Part shown: positions 12,901 through 25,544 of the stretch, piece by piece
Layout: every line of letters starts with the position of its first letter
Position numbering within the stretch: the first letter of the stretch is position 1
Assembly: GCA_040954595.2 (NCBI GenBank)
Contig: CM082586.2
Span: 7,037,337-7,101,336, forward strand
Source: Balanoglossus misakiensis
Taxonomy: Eukaryota > Animalia > Hemichordata
Direction: 5' to 3'
Length of the DNA stretch: 64,000 bases
The notes under the pieces: generated by a model
What the model saw: the letters and a program-made list of their open reading frames with translations, nothing else
What the model was told of the DNA's origin: nothing
Database searches by the model: none
Position numbers and translations under genes: made by a program

Positions 12901-15900
12901 TCCATCCATGTTATAGGTTCTTTCAGTAACACTGCAGAGATTTAACCCACCATTATAGGTATAGGGTCACCTCAATTTACATACGCCCATATATGGCTGA
13001 AATGGCGTATTTGAGTGTTCTAAAGAACATACGGTGGCGCTCTTTTTATCGCGTGTGCCACCCACTGAAAATCAGTGATTGGCTAGATCCCAATTTACCA
13101 TGGTAACTGTGGCTAAATTTGCATAGGTGACCGTATACCTTTAAGTTACCCACCAAACCCTAATCTTCAATACATGTAACGGTATGTCTCATATTAACTT
13201 TACAGGCGGTTAGGAAATGTCCTGGTACTGGTACTGGGAATAACATAATCCTATAAAACTACAAATCCTTGACATTTCGAACAAAACCAACGAAAAAAAA
13301 TCATCAGAACTCAAGGAAACATCTTCTATGGTCACCTAAGACCATTTAGCCACAGTCCGAATTGAAAGCAGACATCAAAGATTTTAACTTTGCTCCCAAA
13401 TGGTCATTCGAAATTTTAGACACCCTGACCATATATGGATATATGTAAATTAGAGGTGACATAATATATTTCTTATTTGGGCATCCGAAATAAGAGGTGA
13501 CAGTATTCCTTATAAGGGCATATGTACATTGGAAGGGTTGACTATATTCCTTATTTGAGCATATGGGGACTATATTCCTTCAACTTACCCCAGTCCGGCG
13601 AGAACAAGAACTTCAAACCCTCTCCAGCAAAGTCCAAGGTCATCGCCCAGATGAAGTTGAAGAGGAGCAGGAGAAGGAAGGTCGGTACGATGATGGAGCA
13701 CGCGATCTCCAGACTTCTCACCGACCACAGCACAGAGACAGCTGCGATGAGGGCGGCTATGAATGTGGTGAAGATTGGCCAGTAACCTTCCTGTAGTGAA
13801 GGGGGTGAAAATTCAAAAGAGGAGTACATGTATAAGAAACTTACCAGTGTAGAATTTGTGAGGTTTGGACATGGAGGTTGGGGTGGGGGTAAGGGCTAGT
13901 GTATGTATCCCCTGAGTGACTGGAACCCCCCCCCCCTCTCAAATATTTGGGACACTTTAAAGGGACAAAGTCTCTCTCTCGCTGCCATTTTTCCATTAAT
14001 CATGTTTGATACAAGACACCATTTATGTTATTCTACGTGTGGATAAATAGTGAATCAACGTTCGACCACACACAATTTCCATACTACTAAGCTTGTAGAC
14101 ACGAGAGTGAAAAACTCGCCAAAATGAATAATTGTTGTTTACCATTTATTCATTTTAGCGAGATTTTTACTCTCATATCCTACAAGTGGGATGGAAGTTG
14201 TGTGTGGTCGAACATTGATTCACTATATATCCACATGTAGAATAACATAAACGGTGTCTTGTATCAAACATAATTAATGGAAAAACAGCAGCGTCCCTTT
14301 AACAACTGAGCGATTCCATGTACACTAATAGACCATCAGGGGACATGGTATAATAACGCATACACACACACCTCAGTGTATTCATAGAAAATATAATTGC
14401 TCTCTTCTTCCGTTTGAGGCAGGGGGTAAAACGTGAAGTAGTAAAAATAGTACAAGCTCCAGCCACACAATGTACAGTAGTAAGACCTGGAAGCAAATAA
14501 GAAAAATAATAAATTCATTTGAAGAAATCTGTAGATTTTTTGCAGCCATGTCCAAATTGTTATTGTTGAGACCCACACATGAACTGACTTTGCTTCAAAT
14601 GGATTTATGTATATTTTTAGTTTCAATTTTCGAGTTTCAATTTAATGCTAGCATGCCTGAACACCTATGGGCATGTCTACGACATGTTTTTTTTATATAT
14701 ATTGTTCACACCATGCAGTATATCAAATGTCCAAAAATAAACTTACGAAATTCCCATCGTTGCTATGACAATCACGCCACCACACCACATAGTCAGAGGC
14801 CCCAGCAACTGCTTGTAGGACTCAACGACACAGACTTTTGAAAATCGACCGGTTGCGTACTCGATCAACATCATCGGCATGGACCACAGGAACAAAAATC
14901 CGACCCAAATTATCAGAAAATGCAAGGCACCTAGAAGATAGAAATTATTCCGTATTACAATAAAAAAAATTGAAAATGTTGATTTTAATATTTTGAGCTT
15001 TAAAATCTTGGTCATTACCGATCCGATTTTTCGATTTTGTTCCAATTACGACAAAATAAGAAATTTTCCGTTTTGGGACTTTCCTTTAATTTCTGACAAA
15101 TTATCACCAGAAGTGAGGCTTTCGATATTTGATGTAAATGATAAAAATCAATTTCAATGTTCCTGTCTGTCGATCAAATCGCTGGTAGTCCTGTATTGGC
15201 CACTGGTGTGCTCAGGCGATGAATTAATAATTCATGTCAAAATGAAAAGTCAAAAAGGATAAAAATATCACAAGGCTGAATCATCAACAACAATTTAAAC
15301 ACAGCAGGGATCCAATTTAAAATTTTAATCGGGTCTTTTGTTTCTGATGGTATATATTATTATTCATACCTTCAAAGCTTGTCTGGACAGAATATTCTAA
15401 ATACAGCGAACCACGAACTTTTTCCACTACCGGCATTATCTAATTTTTCATGATGAATCAGATTTTTGTAGCTACATGTACAATCAAGCCAAGGATCTAG
15501 TAATCAATCTACCCATACCTCCCTCTCCACTGTTGTTGGCGACAATTCTAGGAAATCTCCATATGTTGCCTGTTCCGACCACACAGCCGGTCAGCGAGAG
15601 TATCATGCCGATTGTGGTGCGAAACTGACCCCTTGGAGCGTCGTCAACGACATTGTCATCCTGAATTTAAGAAAAACATCAAATTGCAATTTTGGTCATA
15701 TCATTCGCCGATAGATTGGTTACCAAAGCGCCAAAATTAATGTGTTGAAAAGTTTAAAAAAAAACTTCTGCATATGACCTAGAATCATTTTGACTTTTAA
15801 TTAAAAACAAGCAGTTTGATATACTGGACTAATTAATTAAAAGTAAAGAAATTTCAGCCATTGTCGTTTCCAAAGTGTGTATCTAAAATTCTAATTTTGG

Positions 15901-16451
15901 TATCTAATACATTTACATATTGGAACACTGCAAAACAAATACCAGCAGCTTCTGTCAACAATTTTGGAAAAAAATGAAAAAAAAAATGTGTATCACATGA
16001 ATATGAATATTACATGAATTTGAATATTTTGTGTAAATGTACTGGTATCTCGTATTTATCAGAAAAAAAATGCTAAAAATACATACATGTACACGACTAC
16101 AATAAGAAAAAAATGAAATTCTCAATATTGTGGACTTCATTGAAATAATTTAAAACAATGAATACAAAGTATTTTGTGGCAACCTCATTACCACATATGT
16201 GGCGATCCCACATTGAAACTCTGAAAGTACAAATTACTGGATGACTACATCATAAATTGTCACATTGTCAAAAAATACCAAAACTGTGAAAATTATAATT
16301 ATAATACATGAAGTTTCCACTGATGTCAAATGGAGGTGGGATAATACAGGTGACTCACCTCGGGGACATTTCCATCTTGGCTTTTCAATAAAGATGCGCT
16401 TTCTGCATTTCGATTTAACGGTGTACTTTCATCCGCAGACGAAGCCATCAT
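9562..16451 (-). CDS. SLC6/NSS (SNF) sodium-dependent transporter of the prokaryote-like type; about 12 coding exons (approx. 16451-16359, 15660-15519, 14930-14746, 14487-14372, 13790-13588, 12931-12769, 12435-12306, 11820-11680, 11193-11103, 10775-10624, 10428-10311, 9723-9562)
   Basis: TM1 motif GCVVGTGNIWRFPRI, plus LWSMPMMLIEYATGR, YYCTLCGWSLYY, GLKFLFSPDW, WMDAISQNAWDTGAG, GPGNTGLTF and FFLATAFAGISSLIAHLEL. Confidence 0.9.
9729..9930. repeat. (GA)n microsatellite; on the minus strand it forms the polypyrimidine tract of the last SLC6 intron
   Basis: About 200 bp of GA/GATA repeats next to the CTGCAAG acceptor region at 9724-9730. Confidence 0.95.
10827..10958. repeat. (TATG)n microsatellite
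   Basis: About 33 tandem GTAT units. Confidence 0.95.
11372..11562. mobile_element. MITE family A copy (TTAA target, Kolobok-like)
   Basis: AGGTATACAGTCACC left end, degenerate right TIR, TTAA flanks. Matches the copies at 12957, 21688 and 28958. Confidence 0.8.
11845..12036. mobile_element. MITE with CTGTAAAACACTT TIRs and TA flanks (Tc1/mariner-like); partial copy at about 19945-20020
   Basis: ta|CTGTAAAACACTT...AAGTGTTTTACAG|ta. The internal sequence GATATCGAGAGAGGCCACTGTTTC recurs near 19984. Confidence 0.75.
12957..13140. mobile_element. MITE family A copy
   Basis: AGGTATAGGGTCACCT...AGGTGACCGTATACCT|TTAA. Confidence 0.85.
13961..14298. mobile_element. Foldback MITE with long inverted arms and TTAA target
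   Basis: ttaa|AGGGAC...GTCCCT|ttaa. Arms of more than 100 bp (TTTCCATTAAT..TTCGACCACACACAA and its reverse complement). Confidence 0.85.
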
Positions 16452-16984
16452 TCCAAATGACTGAAATCTCCCTTGATCGGATTTCAAGACAGGCGAAAGG
16501 AAGTTGTATTCAGAGCGTCTTGTTGTTATTGCACAACTTTTCCTTGCACAGTCAATGGACGTATGTATATCACGGAAGTGTAAGGAGTTCCCGATTCAGG
16601 AAATACTCATCGTATTCATCTTGTACGCGCTTATTAAACTGTAGCAGAACAACCACACCAGGCAGCAAATCCCGGGATTTAAGCCCACATAATATAAACT
16701 GTGATATTTTACCCGGCCGGCAACTTGGAGGTCACGTTGACTTTCCTCTTGCAGCTGCACGTATGTTGATTTCACTCTCATTAAAAGGTCAACACATGGC
16801 GGCGCTCTCATATATACTCAAGGTTTCGGAAAATAAACTTGAAAATATCTTGAAAGCTCTTTACTGTAATACCATAGACCTTAGGGTCTATGATAATACG
16901 AAAGTCATTGAATTACGGGAGACAAAAATACTAGTAGTTAAAATCTAGTCTGGCCTTTCTCTTATTAAAAAGAAATCAGACTAT

Positions 16985-18076
16985 CAGGGATTGCGCTAGG
17001 CCTCAAAATCTTGGGGTCCCTGGGACCCCTATCTTGTGAAAATCAGGGGTCCCTAAATATTTTTGTGGGTCCCCATTTTTTCAATATATTATAACACATA
17101 CGTACTCGCCACACACTTACTGGCGAACTCAACATCACAATTTAAGTGTATTTCCACATTTATTTTCATTTTCTATGAACGTTTCATTTTTTATTATAAA
17201 GTAATTTCCTTCTGGCTTTCTGTTCATTGAAGTTTGACATAGCTTGAGAAAAAGATTTTGCCAATCAATAACAACAACAACAACAAACAAACAAACAAAC
17301 AAACAATAAAATCGCGGAGGGAGAGCCCCCTGTGTTTATACGGGGAACCACAGTGAGGAAGCGATGCATAGCTATCGATGTCAGAGTGTTCTGATCGTTG
17401 ACGAGTTTTGCCCCCATATTTAACCCAGTCCAGCTACATGGAGTCGGATAAATCAAAGATTTTCAAGCGAAAACGGGTGAAAGGATTACATGTACACCAA
17501 TGAAGATAGACAGGCTGTAAAAAGCATAATCAAAAGCGAGAAATTTTCTCTTTTTTGCGGAAATCAAACACATAGAACGAGAGAGTCAACAAAGACACCC
17601 GCTGAACTGTCGAAAACAAGGTCGCGCGCGTTCGATTGACCGTGCGCGGTACATCGGGTCCACCGCTCGATGCAGTCGGCCGGCTGCATGGGTACGTCCC
17701 GCGATCGCGCGCGACCACCTGCTCTCGACATCGGCCCCTAATTAATGACACATCGTTCACAACTTGTTGACAAGGCAATTGGCGGACCTGCCAAAGAAAA
17801 AACGAAGCCAGTTTTTCTTTTGTTGTCAGGAAAACTCTAACATGCTTTAGTCAAATGATTATTTCACACTTTGTTTTTGATTACAAGTGTCAATCTTCTG
17901 GATTAGCAAGCCGTAAAAGCGTTTTTGAATAAACAAATTAAAATTACAAGACGATCATTAATTACTGCAGTGTGCGCTCAGCCGGGGTTCCCCGGACGCA
18001 GACATCAAAGTGAACCCGCGTCCCAGCAAAAAAGCTTGCGTCCCAGACGCGGAATTCTGCGTTAACGCGATCCCTG
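16985..18076. mobile_element. 1.1-kb non-autonomous TIR DNA transposon (hAT-like) with 6-bp TSD
   Basis: GACTAT|CAGGGATTGCGCTA ... TAACGCGATCCCTG|GACTAT. No transposase ORF. Confidence 0.75.
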
Positions 18077-18322
18077 GACTATGGAATATGAAGGTGACAT
18101 TGCATTTGAATTTTTACATAAACTTTTTTTTTACCAAAGACATACATGCGCTACAGTGGAAATACAGACGAATCGCATATAGAGTAATAATTAGAAGTTT
18201 ATAGTTTGCAGTTAATTAAATCTGATCAGCCATTCTTGAGCTTTTTATATGAACACACACGTGCAAAGATGAGGCATACAACATTGGATGCAGCACAAAC
18301 TGACAAAGATGAAAGTGAGCTA

Positions 18323-18501
18323 CAGTCAAACCTGTGTATAGTGGCCAGTCAAGGGACCTTCATAAACTGGTCTTTATAGACAGGTGGTCTTTATAGACAG
18401 GTCAATTAATGCACATGTAAGTTGCACAGGGACTGTAACATAGTGGCCACTATATAGAGGTGGTCACTATATAGAGGTGGTCACTAACACAGGTTTGACT
18501 G
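18323..18501. mobile_element. MITE family B (Tc1/mariner/pogo-like, TA TSD)
   Basis: ta|CAGTCAAACCTGTGT...ACACAGGTTTGACTG|ta. An inverted copy lies at 20373-20551. Confidence 0.85.
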
Positions 18502-18833
18502 TACTAGGATATAGCGCCCTCTAAGATAAACATTGCAACAAGGAAAGAGATAACGAACAAACGAACGGGGTTACCCTCATCCATGTGTTACTGTTAGACT
18601 TGTATGTTCGTATTGGGTTCGGAAAGATCTGGTGGAAATCTGCGAAAACAGATCGAACTCGCACGATCGGGTGATCAGAACATCATCTCTTTTCAGTACG
18701 CATCCTCCCGACAGGATCACTCCGTCCGATCGAAGCAGGTCGAGGTACAAGTTCCCAGCTGCAAGTCAGATGCACACAGAGACAGTCGCATCACGATCTA
18801 GACTGAGGTTGTATAAGAGTAATATAGTCGAGG

Positions 18834-21800
18834 ATGAAAGTCAAAGTACTTTCTCGAAACCCAGATGACTACGTAAGGGAAACTAAAAATGACATACACA
18901 AAGGTGAGAATCCAGGTGGCATTATCGTAGACCCGCCACCAGTCTCTGAGATTGCCATTGGCGTGTACAGTACATGTGTATGTTTGAGGAGCTACATGTA
19001 GGAGAGGGGGGGGGGGGGGGGGGTCTCACTCAGGAATGTGTGTGTTTGTAGCAGAAACTTTGTTAAATAATATTCTTTGTAGAATGTTCTTGTAAACAAA
19101 GACGTATATCTGGATCGATTTCTTACAGTTAATATAAAATTTATCCATGCACAAGTAGACACACAAACAAAAAACTGGAAGGCTGGGGTACAATAATGAT
19201 GATACCAGTAATCCCTACCCTCACTACCCCCCCCCCCTGAGTACGCTTGAGCATAAGCAACGCATTCTTAATTACGAGTACATGCACTAATATTTTCCTT
19301 ATTTTCAGTGCCTAGAAATTACGATCCAGCCCTACATCCGTTTGAAGCTGCCAGGGAATACACCAGGGCCTTGAATGCCACAAAGTTGGAGAGAGTGTTC
19401 GCCAAACCTTTTCTTGGTTCACTCGACGGCCACCGAGACAGTGTTAACTGCATGTGCAAACACCCAACGAGTCTGGCTACACTAGTATCAGGTGGCTGTG
19501 ATGGTGAGGTAGGTCAGCGTATTCCCATTAGTGTATATAGAATCCACAGTAATTTCACCATTTTTTGTATCACCCTCCAACAATTGTACAGATGAAACAA
19601 ATACAAGTATTTGTTGCTTCTTTGTATACAGTATTTGCGCTGTTGGTTTTCTGAAAAACAAGTAAACATCTTTCCTCGTTTTAGATCAGATTATGGGACT
19701 TAGGAAGTATTTGTTACTTCTTTGTATACAGTATTTGTGTTTTGGTTTTCTGAAAGCAAAGTACACATCTCTCCTCGTTTTAGATCAGATTATGGGACTT
19801 AGGAAGAAGGCAATGTAGCAGATCTATTGCGGCACACACGGGGTTTGTCCGAGGTGTGTGTATACGACCGGACGGGGACAGTTTCTATTCAGTAAGTACA
19901 ACAGCATTCTTCATAACATAAAGTTTATATATATATACATGTATACTGTAAAACACTTTATTTTTGCGCGTTGAAATTTTCGCGATATCGAGAGAGGCCA
20001 CTGTTTCACGAGTATTAATTTTATAGTATATGAAAATGTTGAATTGTAATCACTGGTTCTAACTTGTGGGTTAGATGTACAATATAACTTCATTTCTCAG
20101 TTTGAAGATTGTGTTTCACTCGCAATGTTTCAATCATGTTGTTTGTGTATCATGATTATAGGTCGGAGATGACCGCACAATAAAACAGTGGAATATGGAA
20201 CCACCAGGCTATGGCATTGAGGAGGAACCTGTAAACACAATTCTAGGAAAGGTATGTCAATTGATAAAGTCAGTTTATCAATTTGATAGTCTTTCTCCCA
20301 GAAGGAACTACTGCTACATGTAGGTGTATTATAGAAAGGATGGGGTCTGTAGAAGTCTAACTGTGGTATATAGAGTCAAACCTGTGTTAGTGGCCACCTC
20401 TATATAGTGACCACCTCTTTATAGTGGCTACTATGTTACAGTCCCTGTGCAACTTACATGTGCATTAATTGACCAGTCTATAAAAACCACCTGTCTATAA
20501 AGGCCAGTTTATGAAGGTCCCTTGACTGGCCACTATACACAGGTTTGACTGTACTTATCTTGAGCCTAGGCTATGGAGGCCAACTCACCCATCTGCATCA
20601 TCCCTGCCAATCTCTAGCATGTTGCTTCAAGAACTCGCAAGCCTTTACAACCAATTTCCTTTATTCTGCACAGACTGTCTACATCTCTATCGACCACCAT
20701 TGGAGGGATGCAGTGTTTGCAACCAGCGGTCAGCAAGTCGACATTTGGGATGAGAGCAGAACGGATCCAATCCGGTCATTTACATGGGGCACAGACAGTA
20801 TACACAGTGTCAAGTTCAATCCAGTGGAGGTAAGAATTTGTTTTTACCCAACGTTCAAAGCTGAACGCGAGAACCAATGGCATTTGCCGCTCAGCATTCA
20901 ATGTCGGGCACCAAGTTCATGATGGCTGTGTGAGGGCGCTAGTCTTATGAAAAGTGTGTTCTTTCTCTATTCTTTTACAAGTATGGTTTAGAATGTATTG
21001 TGAAACATTTAGTTTTATGTTTGCCCATTCAAAAGTAGTAAATGTATGCATTCATGTACCTGTGTCAAGTGAACTGGGAATTTAAAGTGAAGGGGTCGTC
21101 GCGCCGCGTTTGTTTATAAACATGACAATTCATCCACAACAAATTAGATCATTCTTAGAATGAACGAAGCAGCCAACTGTAGTGTAAGCTGGGCATGGCA
21201 GCAACTGAAGATCCTAGTAGGTTGTGGCGACTGCAGTGGGGTTTTGCGCTGGTATGGGAGGACATATTCTCATCTCACCCTCGCGGCGCGACGACCTCTT
21301 CCCTTTAAAGAACTGTTCTACAGATATACCAGTTTATGTTTCAGTGCCAAATTTTTGAAATCTCTACTGCAGACTCACATACTGGCCAGCTGTGCGGCTG
21401 ACAGAAACATAGTCCTGTACGACATGAGAGGAAGCGCACCACTGAGGAAAGTCATCCTGGATATGAAATCGAACACCATCGCCTGGAACCCCATGGAGGC
21501 ATTTATGTTCACTGCAGCGAATGAAGATTACAAGTAGGTCATCTCTACCTGTACTGTAGATTCTGCAGAATTCCTGAAACCATTTTCATTTTCTGTACTC
21601 TGTGATACAAACATGTACCTGGCTAATATTCTGTTGGCCTTAGCTGAAAATCCAAGACCAAACAAAATGCATGTATTCAACAGTTAAAAGTATTCGGTCA
21701 CCTATGCAAAATAGCTACAGTTACCATGGTAAATTGAGATCTAGCCAATCACAGATTTTCAGTGGGTGGCACAAGCGAAAAAAAAAAGCGCCACCATGTG

Positions 21801-23293
21801 TTCTTTACAACATTCAAATACGCCATTTCTGACATATATGGGCGTATGTAAATCGGAGGTGACCGAATACCTTTAAGTCAGTCAGTAAGTTCACTAGAAC
21901 TGATATTGTTGTGAATTCTGTTTAACTGGATTTTGGGTTCTTAACAGTTTATATACATTTGACATGAGACGACTGGACATGCCTGTTAATATTCACATGG
22001 ATCACGTCTCCGCTGTCTTGGATGTGGACTACGCACCAACCGGAAAAGAGTTTGTCAGCGGCAGCTTCGACAAGACCATCAGAATATTTGCCACTGATAA
22101 AGGACGTAGCAGGTAAGACTGATGGAAGGGCGCCCTCTTTAGGAATAAAGGTGTATACACTACTGTTACTGTAGCTGAAAATGTTTGGGAGAAAGCAAAA
22201 TCTGATTTCTCAGTCAATTTAAGTCTAACCTCACTATCTTTCACTATAACACTGTTTTGAATCGTTGTTCTATCTACAGAGAAGTTTATCACACCAAAAG
22301 AATGCAGCAAGTGTCCTGCGTCAAGTGGTCCATGGATAACAAGTACATTCTGTCCGGATCTGAAGAAACCAACATCCGCATCTGGAAGGCGAAAGCCTGG
22401 GAAAAACTGGGTGTGGTACGTCACTGACAAGAAAATCATTTGCGGTGTCTGGAGTCGCTCTGCAATTCTCCCGACCTTAAATAGGTTTTTGGCTCCCTAA
22501 GTGGGTGATAAAAATCTCACATGGTCGACACAATTTCAAGATGGCCGATTTTTGCCACGTTTAAGGAATAGGAGTTCATAAGCTAAAGTGATGATGGGTC
22601 ATTCTGAAACTTTTTAACAGAAAAAATAACAAAATGTGAAAAAAGTTTAATGAGTTTAATATACAACAAAGACAGACATGTTTGACCCAAGGAAGTCATG
22701 AAATACAGTAAACATATCATTTCTTCTATCTCTTACTACAGTGGGTTGTCGACTTTTCGACCAGAATGCAGTGGGATTTGACCCCCTAGCGCAAAGTGAT
22801 AACCTATTTAAGGCAGCCACAAATTATTGTCATACCACAGACAGTAGAACGAGAGTCTTTCCTCATACTGTGAACTTCCTTGATGACAGGAATCTAATGC
22901 GATTTCCCAGTCTTGAATTCCCGACTTTTTTTGTTCCAGATGAGACCACGAGAGCATGCAGCCATGGAATACAGCGAGAAACTCAAGGAAAAATTCAAAC
23001 ATTTCCCCCAGGTGAAGAGAATCTCTCGCCACAGACACGTGCCGAGAACCATCTATCAAGAAGGCAAAACGATCAGGATACAGAAGGAATCCAAGAAACG
23101 AAAGTAAGCTTATTATTTTTAGAGTCATTTTTTTTCTGTCCTGATCTGTGATCTTCATACTTGAATCTGTGACCTAATTCCTGTGTTTATCTGGTTTGTT
23201 CCCAGGGAATCGAACTTACGGAAACATAGTAAACCCGGTGCGGTTCCGCACGTACCAGAAAGGAGAAAGCATGTCGTGGCAGAGGTGCAGTAG
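18834..23293 (+). CDS. DCAF13: DDB1- and CUL4-associated factor 13 (WDSOF1/Sof1); 10 coding exons
   Basis: MKVKVLSRNPDDYVRETKNDIHK|VPRNYDPALHPFEAAREYTRALNATKLERVFAKPF, WD40 repeats, EVYHTKRMQ, and the Sof1 C-terminus KFKHFPQVKRISRHRHVP..RKHSKPG. Confidence 0.97.
19606..19806 (+). repeat. 99-bp tandem duplication of the DCAF13 intron 2/exon 3 junction
   Basis: CCTCGTTTTAG|ATCAGATTATGGGACTTAGGAAG occurs twice, with acceptors ending at 19684 and 19783. Confidence 0.9.
20373..20551. mobile_element. MITE family B copy, inverted relative to 18323-18501
   Basis: Same TIR (AGTCAAACCTGTGT...ACACAGGTTTGACTG) with TA flanks. Confidence 0.85.
21086..21304. mobile_element. MITE with TTAA target (Kolobok-like)
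   Basis: ttaa|AGTGAAGGGGTCGTCGCGCCGCG ... CGCGGCGCGACGACCTCTTCCCT|ttaa. Confidence 0.75.
21688..21872. mobile_element. MITE family A copy (inverted)
   Basis: GTATTCGGTCACCT...AGGTGACCGAATAC with TTAA flanks. Confidence 0.85.
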
Positions 23294-23772
23294 TTCAGTA
23301 ACTTTGCACCAACAACCAACACTGTTGTATGGCCGGCTGTGACATCACTCAGGACTGTACCAATGAGCAACGTTGTAACTGACTGCATTTAGCAGTGGTG
23401 TCGGTCTCCGCCAATAAGCAGGACCGTTACGGCAGTGATACCGGCCACCACCAATGAGAGGCAGCCTTGCAGCAGCGAGATCAGCTAGCAGGTCGTTCAA
23501 AGTTTAACAAGCAGGATGCCATTCGTTGAAAACCAGTGACATTGTAATACAGCTGTATGCAACCACCCGCAATTATCAACGCAGTATTTTATCACGGTCA
23601 CGCCCTACCATGACTTTTTGCAGCTGATTGATTGCTGATATTGAATTTATTGTACAATTCAGGTTAAATATGGAATAAAACTAATCTTCGGCTATTTTGA
23701 TGGTCAAGGCATTCTATCTATAACATTCTATGTTCGCCAAAACTGGACCACGAGAAGCAAAAAAAAAACATC

Positions 23773-25164
23773 TTAATTTAGATCCAAGTGCAGCGATGAC
23801 TGCAGACAGATGTAATTTTTCAATCGAGTGGGTAGGCGAAGTTCATCCACCGATCGTTCAATTGTCTTCCCCAGTGTACGTCTTACAGTGCATCGACTTA
23901 GATGACGTAGCGTTCTTGGGCCATTTCCCAGTGAACCTACCGATTTATAGAAACTTTGATATTGAGGCGGGGCTACGAGAGGCAGGCAGCCGTCACTGTC
24001 GCGAAGATCTACGTAGGTGGCGCTGTTCAGGAGGACGCAGAGAACTTCGGCCAAATACACGACAGAGGTCTGGATCATCTCCACTGTCATTCTCTTGAAT
24101 TGTGCACCGTGATTTAACAAGTTTATGAAACATTTTGCGACAGTTGCGGAGTATTTGAGGTTGAACGGAGAGCCCGCGTCTGGAGCCATGCTGTTGTACA
24201 AGTGAAAATTAAAGATGTGTTTCACAGCTAGATCAAGTGCAGTGTCACCATCATTCGTCAGGGCGTTGACGTTGTCAATTTTATCCACGAGGTAGTTGAT
24301 ATGGTCGGCAACGCCACCGACACATGCCCTGTGAAGTGCAGTTCTGCCGTATCTATTAGTGATGTTGGGATTTGCACCGTTTTCGTACAGAATTTGGACA
24401 CTGTTGCACGACAGATCCAACCTGGCCGGATCGATTCCGAAGTTGGCGGCGTACGATATTGCTGTCATTCCTCCCGGCCCTTGTTTATTGACGTCCGCGC
24501 CCAGTTCGATCAGCAGTCCGATGTAGCGACTCCTGTCGTAGACCACCGCAAAATGCAGCGCCGTCATCTTCCGATTGTCGACGCCGTCCACGTCGGCGCC
24601 CTGTTGGACCAGCAGCCGCACTATCTCGTCGTCCAGGTTGGCGTCTATCGCTCGGTGAAGGAGCGGCCAGCGCACCAGGAGGAGAGGGGTGTCGGCGCTC
24701 GCCCCCGCCGCCAACAGGAGTTTCAGACACCTCCCCAAGTCGCCCTTCTTGGATGAATCGTAGAGGTGGAAGGGGGCCTGCGTGGACAAGTCAACGAGCG
24801 TGAAATCAACCGCCAAGAGGGCAAAGCACACGGGCGAGTGCCCGTCGCAAGACGAGCCCTCCGTACCAGTGTCCAGCCACAGTCCGTGCCGCAGAAAGAC
24901 CTCCACGCACCGCCAGCTTCCACGAAACACAGCTAAATGCATCGGAGTGACACTGTCGACAGATATCGTCGAGCAAACCCGCCGCCATGCTTGTTTAAAC
25001 GGTTCACCACTTTCGCAATTGTGTAGAGTCGCAGTCTCTATTCTCAAGTCTTCCACATTTCGAGTCGAAGAAAGCAGGGAATCTAAACGGGCCGCGTCAT
25101 CGTTTAAACACGCCATAATGATCTGCCTTTGAATCTCCATGGAAACAGTGGTGGCCGAAGCCAT
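23773..25164 (-). CDS. Ankyrin repeat and SOCS box protein (ASB-like), single coding exon
   Basis: Multiple ankyrin repeats (TPMHLA, TALHFA, GRTALHRAC, GDTALDLA) and a C-terminal SOCS box PRTLRHLSRCTVRRTLG..IDELRLPTRLKNYI-like. Probable ATG at 25164. Confidence 0.9.
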   Translation of the reverse strand: MASATTVSMEIQRQIIMACLNDDAARLDSLLSSTRNVEDLRIETATLHNCESGEPFKQAWRRVCSTISVDSVTPMHLAVFRGSWRCVEVFLRHGLWLDTGTEGSSCDGHSPVCFALLAVDFTLVDLSTQAPFHLYDSSKKGDLGRCLKLLLAAGASADTPLLLVRWPLLHRAIDANLDDEIVRLLVQQGADVDGVDNRKMTALHFAVVYDRSRYIGLLIELGADVNKQGPGGMTAISYAANFGIDPARLDLSCNSVQILYENGANPNITNRYGRTALHRACVGGVADHINYLVDKIDNVNALTNDGDTALDLAVKHIFNFHLYNSMAPDAGSPFNLKYSATVAKCFINLLNHGAQFKRMTVEMIQTSVVYLAEVLCVLLNSATYVDLRDSDGCLPLVAPPQYQSFYKSVGSLGNGPRTLRHLSRCTVRRTLGKTIERSVDELRLPTRLKNYICLQSSLHLDLN

Positions 25165-25544
25165 CTTGGTCTCTGCTGATGGTATCTTCCGGCGACCAGG
25201 CCAATGTGACACGACCGCTTTTGAATAACCGACCGTAAAATTTCTTGTTTGTATGGAACCTGTTGAAAGAGGGAGACAGTGGTCAAAGAGATAGATGTCG
25301 CCCACAAAGAGAGTTGAGTTGCCACCCTTAAGCCTAAATCTAAAGCAGTGGATCACAAAACCAGGCTGTTGGTGAACTTAAAGCCATTGAAATCATTTAC
25401 GAAGCGGTACCGACACTTCTTGGTATAAACTAACGACACTTTATTGAAAAAATACGGCTCTGTTTCTTAAGTACAAAAAACATGACATCATCCGTGGGAA
25501 AATATCATTCCAATCAAATTCACTGTGAAAACACATCGATTGGC

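Noticed and set aside
16265-16948. 227-aa plus-strand ORF
   Set aside because: It has a non-ATG start, is antisense to the first SLC6 exon and 5' region, and has no recognisable motif.
1838-20320. Frequent TACATGTA palindromes
   Set aside because: They are scattered with no spacing pattern and look like a genome-wide compositional feature, not a local system.
25165-25356. N-terminal extension of the first ASB ORF
   Set aside because: It starts at a non-ATG codon. The ATG at 25164 has a good Kozak context (AAGATGG) and aligns with the start of the second ASB.
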